Of a stretch of 33,598 nucleotides of DNA, positions 19,127-25,990 are shown in pieces (the first letter of the stretch is position 1; each line of letters begins with the position of its first letter). The DNA comes from a virus (taxonomy: Duplodnaviria; Caudoviricetes): positions 1-33,598 of the IMG/VR virus record IMGVR_UViG_3300044676_005553. The stretch is one strand, 5' to 3'. Below the pieces are notes generated by a model that made no database searches, had not been told where the DNA came from, and was given only the letters and a program-made list of their open reading frames with translations. The position numbers and the translations under genes are program-made.

Positions 19127-20273
19127 GAGAGTCGGCAATGGTCGGGGCTCGATCTATCGGGACTCTGCAGGCAGATGGAGAGCCAGCCTGGCCTGGTCGA
19201 TCAACGGCAAACAGGTCAGAAAATACCGAACAAGAAAGACCAGGCGAGAGGCAGAGGTGGCTCTCGATCAGCTCAAGGCCCTGGCAGGCCAACCAGAGGC
19301 CATCAAGAATCAATCGATCAAGACGATGAGAGAACTCTTTGAGATCTGGATTGAGGCCAAACAGAAAGCAGGTCTCTCTCAGGCCACTCTGGCCAATTAC
19401 AGAAATCAGATCAGCGCCCACCTGCAGCCGGCATTCGGCAGCCAACTGGTGAGGGAACTCACAGAGGATGAGATCGAGCTCTGGCTGGATGGGTCGAGCC
19501 TGGGCAATGCCACTCTCAATAAATGCTGTATTGTGCTGAGAGGCTCTCTCAAGATGGCGAGAAAGCAGAAGCTGATCGAGATCATGCCTATGGAGTCTGT
19601 GCATGCTCCCACCTGGAAGCGTGAGAAAGAGATCAAGCCTTTCAACAAAAAAGAGGTGGGCATTCTGCTGGCTGCTAAGAATCACTATCAGTGCATGCTC
19701 AGGCTCATGCTCTCTGTGGGGATGAGGCCAGGTGAGGTGGCAGCACTGCAGTGGGGTGACATCGATTTCTCTGCCAATGACAACAATGCCAGCAGCGGTG
19801 TGATCAGGGTGAGCAGGTCTCGAGCTGAGGTCAATGGTGAGGTGATATTCAAGACACCAAAAACAGCATCGGGCGTGAGGTCGATTGCAATGGATCCAAA
19901 GCTGAGACAGGCCCTGACAGAGCACAGAGATCAGAGACTCAAGAGGGGAGTGGTGCCGAGAGATGGCCTGGTGTTCCTGACTCCACATGGCAAGGTGATC
20001 AGAAAAAACAATCTTCTCAATCATTACTGGCAGCCACTGCTCAAGAGGCTCGACAAAGAGCACAGCCATGATGACTCTGTTGATTTCTCTCCGCGCGTGA
20101 TATACCACTGCCGACACACAGCAGCCACTCTGATGCTGGGTGCCGGCGTGCCGGTGCATGTGGTTTCGGGGATTCTCGGGCATGAGCGCATCTCATACAC
20201 ATGGGATCTGTATTCTCATCTGTTGCCAGAACAACAAAGAGCGGCAGTGGATGCTCGATCTGAGTATCTTTGA
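19095..20273 (+). CDS. int: Tyrosine integrase
   Basis: N-terminal arm-binding GNGRGSIYR..GRWRA; catalytic R (GMRPGE), K (PKT), HxxR-like YHCRH, LGH, Y (DLYSH). Confidence 0.95.
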   Translation: MNSKYKRKGNKRVGNGRGSIYRDSAGRWRASLAWSINGKQVRKYRTRKTRREAEVALDQLKALAGQPEAIKNQSIKTMRELFEIWIEAKQKAGLSQATLANYRNQISAHLQPAFGSQLVRELTEDEIELWLDGSSLGNATLNKCCIVLRGSLKMARKQKLIEIMPMESVHAPTWKREKEIKPFNKKEVGILLAAKNHYQCMLRLMLSVGMRPGEVAALQWGDIDFSANDNNASSGVIRVSRSRAEVNGEVIFKTPKTASGVRSIAMDPKLRQALTEHRDQRLKRGVVPRDGLVFLTPHGKVIRKNNLLNHYWQPLLKRLDKEHSHDDSVDFSPRVIYHCRHTAATLMLGAGVPVHVVSGILGHERISYTWDLYSHLLPEQQRAAVDARSEYL

Positions 20274-20279
20274 GATTCT

Positions 20280-20493
20280 ACTGCTGCCCCACTGCTGCCC
20301 TCGAGTGCTGGCGAGACTCATTTGAGCCTATGGACATGGAGGGACTCGAACCCCCAACTTCTTCCGTGTAAAGGAAGGCAGGCCACTGATCTCACAGGCT
20401 CTCAGTGCCAGACACTGCAGGGCCAGTCTCTACTGATCAGGATTCTCACAGGCTCTCATGCAGTGCGTCTCTGCTGCTGCCCTTACTGCTGCT
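20280..20493. repeat. Putative integrase arm-type and accessory binding sites flanking the attP core
   Basis: Paired (A)CTGCTGCCC direct repeats at 20280-20300 and 20474-20493; CTCACAGGCTCTCA at 20391-20404 and 20445-20458. Confidence 0.7.
20331..20377 (-). other. attP core: 3' half of tRNA-Val(TAC)
   Basis: Reverse complement CTTCC-TTTACAC-GGAAG-AAGTT-GGGGG-TTCGAGT-CCCTC-CATGTCC-A gives anticodon arm (TAC), T arm and 3' acceptor strand; the 5' half is missing; ~60 bp downstream of int. Confidence 0.88.
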
Positions 20494-20525
20494 TTCAATT
20501 CTCAGAAAAAAAACCAGATTCAGTG

Positions 20526-20555
20526 TTGACGGTCAGGAAAATAGTATATACTATT
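20526..20555 (+). promoter_or_regulatory. Sigma70-type promoter with overlapping 16-bp palindromic operator
   Basis: TTGACG-17-TACTAT; perfect palindrome AATAGTATATACTATT at 20540-20555; ATG at 20562 suggests a leaderless mRNA. Confidence 0.65.
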
Positions 20556-20561
20556 AAACCC

Positions 20562-20738
20562 ATGAGAGAGACAGCCACACAAATTGACTGGATTGAGAAA
20601 AAGACAGCTGAGCTGCTGCGGGCAGCAAATAGGACTGGCTATTTTGCTGATGTCATATCAGATGCCAAAGACTTTGCAGCTGATGGCTACTCATGGGATG
20701 TGGCCTTGATGATGTCTCTCGAGTATTGGAAAAACTGA
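20562..20738 (+). CDS. Small early hypothetical protein (58 aa)
   Basis: MRETATQIDWIEKK...; the longer tracked ORF from 20322 just reads through attP. Confidence 0.6.
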   Translation: MRETATQIDWIEKKTAELLRAANRTGYFADVISDAKDFAADGYSWDVALMMSLEYWKN

Positions 20739-20763
20739 GTCAAACAACAACAGGAGAAATGAG

Positions 20764-21009
20764 ATGAGATTTCAAAAAGCGATTAATCTGTGGGCTGGTA
20801 ACAACATTGAGAGACTGATCTCTGGTCAGCTCATCCTCCAGGCTGGCCAGTGGGTCTATTGTGGTAACACAAAGGCCTCCAGGTTCTGTGGTGTCACTCC
20901 ATCGGGAGTCATTGTGGCTGCTCATCCAGAGGGCAAAGAGCAGGTTGTCAGAAAAGAGAGTTTCCAGGCTTGCATGGCTCATGCAAAATCGAGAAAGGTG
21001 GTGAGGTGA
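20764..21009 (+). CDS. Small early hypothetical protein
   Basis: 81 aa, AGGAG RBS upstream. Confidence 0.65.
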   Translation: MRFQKAINLWAGNNIERLISGQLILQAGQWVYCGNTKASRFCGVTPSGVIVAAHPEGKEQVVRKESFQACMAHAKSRKVVR

Positions 21010-21245
21010 TGATCACTCAGAAAGAGAGAGAGCTGCTGGAAATGACCGGGGGGGTATGGATTGTCACATGCTATGCAGACGCAAACCAGAGAAAGAGGTA
21101 TCAGTCAAAATATGTGAGAGCATCATCAAGAGAAAAGGCCTGTGAGGTTGGGATTGAGCTGACTCGAGGAATTTTGCCTTATGCCATTCCGTGGGATCCT
21201 GCTGTCAATGGTTGTCATGGCTATATCAGAGAGGTGCAGCCATGA
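21009..21245 (+). CDS. Small early hypothetical protein
   Basis: MITQKERELLEM...; GAGGTG RBS and TGATG coupling. Confidence 0.6.
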   Translation: MITQKERELLEMTGGVWIVTCYADANQRKRYQSKYVRASSREKACEVGIELTRGILPYAIPWDPAVNGCHGYIREVQP

Positions 21246-21427
21246 TGAAAAGACAATTGATAACACTGCCACATGAGCACCTCGAGGCATTCAAAGCCAG
21301 AGCTGCCAAGCAAGGCCAGAGCCTCTCTGAGTTCATGCGAGATGCAGCAGTCAAAGAGCTCACCAGGAAAGAGCAGAGAGCTCTGCCAGAGATCGAGGAG
21401 ACCAGAGGCAGGCCTCGAAAAGAGTAA
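21242..21427 (+). CDS. Ribbon-helix-helix (CopG/Arc-like) regulator with C-terminal RGRPRK
   Basis: KRQLITLP (strand), HLEAFKARAAKQG (helix), SLSEFMRDAA (helix). Confidence 0.75.
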   Translation: MMKRQLITLPHEHLEAFKARAAKQGQSLSEFMRDAAVKELTRKEQRALPEIEETRGRPRKE

Positions 21428-21447
21428 CAACCAGGAAAGTCTCAGAG

Positions 21448-21480
21448 CGGTTGAATCAAATCGATTCAGCCGTTTTTTTT
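21448..21480 (+). terminator. Intrinsic terminator
   Basis: CGGTTGAATC-aaatc-GATTCAGCCG followed by T8. Confidence 0.85.
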
Positions 21481-21651
21481 GTGCGCATTTCCAGATCGTG
21501 TCAATGCTACTTTGCACGAACATTGAGCGCCGTTTCTGACCTATACGGCACCTCGTGACGAACAAAACACGAACATAAAAAAGCAGGCTCAGATCGGCAT
21601 ATATGATCTCTCTCGCAGGACACAAGCAACTCACTCAGAGAGAGCAATCAC

Positions 21652-21897
21652 ATGCCGAGATCAGGAATCAAGGGACTCGAAAGAGATCAGCAGCTGCTCA
21701 TTGAGGGCAGCTCTGGCAATCATTTCTGGCCACTCTGCAAACTTCCAGAGCATCAGCTCGACAAGCGGCAGCTTCCACACAGCGGAAAACGATCAGCGGC
21801 AAAGCCTGAGCCATTCCCGATGGCATCAATGAGATCTTCCTGCCTATGTGGTGCTGGCAAAGTTTATCGAGAGTGCTGCGCTGGAAAGGGTATCTGA
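21652..21897 (+). CDS. Small protein with C-terminal SEC-C-like motif
   Basis: CLCGAGKVYRECC matches the CxCGSGKxYKxCC pattern. Confidence 0.6.
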   Translation: MPRSGIKGLERDQQLLIEGSSGNHFWPLCKLPEHQLDKRQLPHSGKRSAAKPEPFPMASMRSSCLCGAGKVYRECCAGKGI

Positions 21898-21900
21898 TCG

Positions 21901-22158
21901 ATGTGTGACGATCAACAGCCAGAGAAATACGTCAACAGCCGAGAGGCGGGTGAGAGGCTCGGGAAGAGTGTGAAGACGATCAGCCGATACTGCAGCAATG
22001 GGACACTCAAAGCAGTCAGAGATCGGAACTCTCAGCAGCTGCTGATCACAGAGTCAGAAATAAATCGATACATCTCAGACAATTTCGTTGATGCCAGAGA
22101 TACCAGGTACATCGACAGCTCAGCTATCGAGTCAGCACACCAGGCAAGAGGCCACTGA
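21901..22158 (+). CDS. HTH_17/excisionase-family DNA-binding protein
   Basis: YVNSREAGERLGKSVKTISRYCSNGTLKA...ITESEI. Confidence 0.8.
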   Translation: MCDDQQPEKYVNSREAGERLGKSVKTISRYCSNGTLKAVRDRNSQQLLITESEINRYISDNFVDARDTRYIDSSAIESAHQARGH

Positions 22159-22176
22159 CAGGGAGAGAGGGATCTC

Positions 22177-22899
22177 ATGGTTTTTACGAAACAGCAGAAA
22201 GAGCAAGGCCAGAAAATGGTGATCAAGTGGAAAGAGAAAGAGGATCACACAGAGCAAGAGAGAGACGATCTGCTCAGGCATTACTGGCCACTGGCTCAGA
22301 TTCTATCTCGAAAAAAGCTGAGGACTCTGCCAATTGCAGCAGCAAGGTCTCTCGATCCTGATGAGTTTGCAGCTGAGACAGTGATGGTAGTGCCGGGATG
22401 TGCTGACAGATATCAGCCAGATCGAGATGTCAAATTTTACACATACGTAGTCAACCGGATGAGAGGCCAGGTGATCGATCAGCTGAGAGCTGCTGACTGG
22501 CTGCCGAGATCTGAAAGGGAAAAAGATTATCGAATCTACTCAGCGTCTATGGGGCTGCCGTATTATGAGTACAAAAAGACCGTTACTAAGATCAGCTCAG
22601 CCAATGATCTGTGGGATGAGAACAGGGCCAACTCAAAGCTTGACAGCTATTTTCACACAGCCAAAGACGAAACAACCAGAGAGGTTGATCTGCTCGATCA
22701 AGTCAAGTTTCTGCTCAGGCCATTGCCAGAGAGAACACAAGAGATATTCAGGCTCTATTACTGTGACGGCAAGAGCATGAAAGAGATAGCGGCTGTGATG
22801 TGTCTATCAGATTCGAGAGTCTCACAGCTCCACAGCAGCGCTCTGGTTTTACTCAGGGAATCAGAGGCAGCAAGAGAGAGGCAACTCGAGCTCACCTGA
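22177..22899 (+). CDS. Sigma70-family RNA polymerase sigma factor, FliA/WhiG-like
   Basis: Region 2 KFYTY..RMRGQVIDQLRAADWLPRS; region 4 LPERTQEIFRLYY...SMKEIAAVMCLSDSRVSQLH. Confidence 0.88.
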   Translation: MVFTKQQKEQGQKMVIKWKEKEDHTEQERDDLLRHYWPLAQILSRKKLRTLPIAAARSLDPDEFAAETVMVVPGCADRYQPDRDVKFYTYVVNRMRGQVIDQLRAADWLPRSEREKDYRIYSASMGLPYYEYKKTVTKISSANDLWDENRANSKLDSYFHTAKDETTREVDLLDQVKFLLRPLPERTQEIFRLYYCDGKSMKEIAAVMCLSDSRVSQLHSSALVLLRESEAARERQLELT

Positions 22900-23028
22900 G
22901 ATGATCCTGCAGGATTGCAGGCGGTGCCATCAGGATCGATGGCGCAACCCGATGAAATAGGGACTCAGCCACAGATGGCCATCTCGGGCCAGTTCGATTT
23001 TTAACACCAATAACAGAAAGCAGAACAC

Positions 23029-23643
23029 ATGAAAGCAATGACCAGAAGTGGCAGAGAGATCGACCTGGCCAACCCGATGCCAGAGGACATCAGTCTCTCA
23101 GATATTGTGGTACCACTGGCCAACATGCCGAGATACAACTGCCAGTCTGTGAGAATGCTCTCAGTGGCTGCCCATAGCATTGCACTCTCTCGAGTAGTGC
23201 CAGGGCCTCTGAGGGCTGCTGCTCTCTTGCATGATTCAGCTGAGGCATACACTGGCGACATTCCAGCGCCAATCAAAGATCTGCTGCCAGCATCAGCTCG
23301 GATGATCCTGACAACAATAGAGCATCACATCCTGCTGGCCATCCAGGAGAGTCTGCAGATTCCGTTTATTGATCAGATGCAAGATCTCATGAAATATGAC
23401 ACAGAGATCAGGGATGTGGAAAAGCTCATTTTATACGGTCAAGGATACGTCAGCGCAGGGTATCTCATTGAGCACAACAGGACTCTCAATTGCCTCAGCT
23501 CTCTGATGGCAAAGACACCTCACCAGGTGGCTCTTGAATACATCATTGAGCTGGTTGATCTCTCACCACAGATCAGCAGCCGAGTGGCAGAGATGCTCAA
23601 TTACGATCAGCGATTGAGGGAAGAGAAAGCGGGTGCAGCATGA
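23029..23643 (+). CDS. HD-domain phosphohydrolase (YfbR-like 5'-deoxynucleotidase family)
   Basis: RYN..SVAAHS and ALLHDSAEAYTGDIPAPIK motifs. Confidence 0.85.
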   Translation: MKAMTRSGREIDLANPMPEDISLSDIVVPLANMPRYNCQSVRMLSVAAHSIALSRVVPGPLRAAALLHDSAEAYTGDIPAPIKDLLPASARMILTTIEHHILLAIQESLQIPFIDQMQDLMKYDTEIRDVEKLILYGQGYVSAGYLIEHNRTLNCLSSLMAKTPHQVALEYIIELVDLSPQISSRVAEMLNYDQRLREEKAGAA

Positions 23644-24374
23644 GCACAGACACACAATCCGCAAGAGATATCTATGAGGCCATCTCGATCATCCAGAACA
23701 GGCTGCCAGTGATTGAGAAGTCTGCGAAAAATCCATTTTTCGGCAGCACATACACACCTCTCGAGGATGTCACAAAAAAGATATTCCCGATGCTCAGAGA
23801 GCTGGGTGTGGTTTGCCTGCAGCCGATATTGGAGACTGACCAGGATAACTCGATCAAGGTCAAGACGATCCTGAGACACATTGAGACAGGCAGTGAGGTT
23901 GAGTCAGTCTGCCAGATGCCAGTGGACTCACCAAACAGCAAGACATCTGGCAAAAAAGTGCTCAACAGTCAACAGGCATACGGGTCAACGATCAGCTATG
24001 CCAGGCGCTACTCTCTCACTGCCATCCTGGGCATTGCATGTGGTCATGAGGATGATGACGGGAACTCAGCCAGCCAGGGTGATGATCAGCAGCAGGCTGA
24101 GCCATCGGCAGGGCCTGATGAGAGCCAGCAAGAGCTCGGCAGGTTCAAAGAGTGGCTCAAGGGCATGGCACCAACCAGAGAGGATGGTGAGGCTCTCTGT
24201 GCATGGCTCTCAGTTGATGCTGTGCCAGGTCTCACTCTCAATGCTGCCATCTCTCAGGTGCATGTGGCTCGATCAATGGGGCGAGCCATTGCAGACATCA
24301 CAAAAACTCAGGGCATCGATCCAGAGATCATGATGGCCAATGCGCGTGACTACTACTCAAGGCACAAAGAGTGA
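23640..24374 (+). CDS. erf: ERF-family single-strand annealing protein
   Basis: KNPFFGSTY, QAYGSTISYARRYSLTAILGI..EDDDGN. Confidence 0.9.
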   Translation: MSTDTQSARDIYEAISIIQNRLPVIEKSAKNPFFGSTYTPLEDVTKKIFPMLRELGVVCLQPILETDQDNSIKVKTILRHIETGSEVESVCQMPVDSPNSKTSGKKVLNSQQAYGSTISYARRYSLTAILGIACGHEDDDGNSASQGDDQQQAEPSAGPDESQQELGRFKEWLKGMAPTREDGEALCAWLSVDAVPGLTLNAAISQVHVARSMGRAIADITKTQGIDPEIMMANARDYYSRHKE

Positions 24375-24422
24375 TCTGAGTGAGTGGTGGCCATTTCAAC
24401 ACAAGCAAACAGGAAAAAACAG

Positions 24423-25331
24423 ATGACAGATACATCAATCAAACCAGCAGACCTGCTCAACAATCCAGCCAATGCCGAGATCTATGGGACGCAGCCAGAT
24501 GATGATCTGGTTGAGTCAGTCAGAGAGTATGGCATTCTCGAGCCAATCGTGGCAGATCGAGAGAGTCTCACAATCATCTCAGGCCATCGGCGCAGGCAGG
24601 CGGCCATTATCGTGGGGCTGGAGTCAGTGCCAGTGAGGCTGAAAGATATGCCTGACTCAGCCAAGCAGGGCATCATGCTCATTGAGTCGAACAGGCAGCG
24701 TGTTAAGACCAAAGAGCAGATTCTCAGAGAGTATCAGTATCTCGAGAGCTGCCTCTCTCTTGTTGCCAAGCAGGCACAGAGTGAGGCTGGTGGTGCTCAG
24801 CCTGGTGGCAACAAAAAGGGGCCAAGAAAAAAACCAGCCAAAGACCTAGCAGCTGCCGATGTGGGATTAAGTCGCAACACAGCCGAGAAAGGCTCAAAGG
24901 TAGTGCAGGCCATCGATGAGGCTGAGGCCTCGGGTGATGAGGAGAAAGCCAAAGAGCTCAGAGAGGAGCTCGAGAAAGGCTCTGTCAGTGCTGCTCATCG
25001 AAAAGCAACAGAGCCAGAGAAACCAACAGAGGGGCCACCTGATCGATGGATGACCAGTCTGCAGAAAGATATCACGTCAGTGGCCAGGCGTGTCGAGGTG
25101 GCGATGGAGAAAGACCAGGCTGAGCGAGGTGATGAGACCAGCTCTGTTGACAGGTGGGGGCAAGAGTTTCTCACCAAGCTGCGCAATGCCAGAACGGTTT
25201 TAACGGTCAATAAGCCAGCCGCAAAGTGCTCGACATGCAAGGGCCAAAAAAGAGCAAATCCATGCTCTGACTGCTCAGGCACAGGCTGGCTCACGAAAAG
25301 ACAAGCAGAGATTCTCATCGGGGGTGCATAA
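24423..25331 (+). CDS. ParB/Srx N-terminal domain protein with HTH and C-terminal Zn finger
   Basis: LVESVREYGILEPIV...IISGHRR, ESNRQR; CSTCKG...CSDCSGTGW. Confidence 0.8.
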   Translation: MTDTSIKPADLLNNPANAEIYGTQPDDDLVESVREYGILEPIVADRESLTIISGHRRRQAAIIVGLESVPVRLKDMPDSAKQGIMLIESNRQRVKTKEQILREYQYLESCLSLVAKQAQSEAGGAQPGGNKKGPRKKPAKDLAAADVGLSRNTAEKGSKVVQAIDEAEASGDEEKAKELREELEKGSVSAAHRKATEPEKPTEGPPDRWMTSLQKDITSVARRVEVAMEKDQAERGDETSSVDRWGQEFLTKLRNARTVLTVNKPAAKCSTCKGQKRANPCSDCSGTGWLTKRQAEILIGGA

Positions 25332-25990
25332 TGAAATGTTATCGATGCGGAGAGTGGGACGGTGAACGCTGTTCCTGCAAAGACGGACAGACGATCTTCA
25401 ACGGTGACTGCCGAGAGATTCTGCCGGAGTTGCCGAAGGTTGATTTGGTGCTGACGGATCCACCGTATGGGATTGGTGCACATGGCGGCATCGGGAAGTA
25501 CGGGCGTGAACGAGAGGAAAAAAAAGAACACTCGGCGTGGGATTCAGCAAGACCAGATGACTGGACCATCAAGGCTGTAGTTGAAGCTGGTGCGGATTGC
25601 TGTATCTGGGGCGGGAATTACTTCAATCTTCCCGGATCGCGGATGTATTTAGTTTGGGACAAGGGTGCCGGATTCAAGGGCAGAGATTTTGCGGAGTGTG
25701 AAACTGCTTGGTGTTCTTGGGATGGTAACGCTCGTATCTACCAAAGAGACCCCTTGGCGTGTGGGGACTATCACAATGGAAAGAAACAGCATCCAACACA
25801 GAAACCGGAGGCTGTCATGAAATGGGCCTTAATGCAGCGGAGAGCCGAAACAGTCCTCGACCCCTTCATGGGCAGCGGGACAACCCTGCGAGCCTGCAAG
25901 GATCTCGGTCGACGTGGAATCGGTATCGAGCTGGAAGAAAAGTATTGTGAGATCGCATCTGAGCGGTTACGGCAAGGGGTGCTTTGCTAA
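25331..25990 (+). CDS. N6-adenine/N4-cytosine DNA methyltransferase (beta class)
   Basis: LTDPPYG, HPTQKP, LDPFMGSGTT, IGIE in beta-class order. Confidence 0.93.
   Translation: MKCYRCGEWDGERCSCKDGQTIFNGDCREILPELPKVDLVLTDPPYGIGAHGGIGKYGREREEKKEHSAWDSARPDDWTIKAVVEAGADCCIWGGNYFNLPGSRMYLVWDKGAGFKGRDFAECETAWCSWDGNARIYQRDPLACGDYHNGKKQHPTQKPEAVMKWALMQRRAETVLDPFMGSGTTLRACKDLGRRGIGIELEEKYCEIASERLRQGVLC

Noticed and set aside
19101-20183. 360-aa antisense ORF over the integrase
   Set aside because: No motifs; consistent with a shadow ORF of the int codon usage.
20331-20410. Complete tRNA-Val gene
   Set aside because: The 5' acceptor strand complementary to CATGTCC and a proper D arm are missing; treated as the attP core.
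20322-20561. N-terminal part of tracked ORF 20322..20738
   Set aside because: It translates the attP/tRNA fragment (WTWRDSNPQ is typical antisense-tRNA text); the real start is probably 20562.
18714-21489. 14-bp inverted repeat AATGCGCACAAAAA / TTTTTGTGCGCATT as ends of a mobile or invertible segment
   Set aside because: Both copies are the U-tract tails of oppositely oriented terminators; no transposase or target duplication is visible.
22940-23000. Hammerhead ribozyme or tRNA remnant (CCGATGA, GTTCGATT)
   Set aside because: No correctly placed GAAA or stems for a hammerhead, and no cloverleaf.
23029-23643. DatZ / Z-genome (2-aminoadenine) system
   Set aside because: An HD hydrolase is present, but no PurZ, MazZ or dedicated polymerase is seen.
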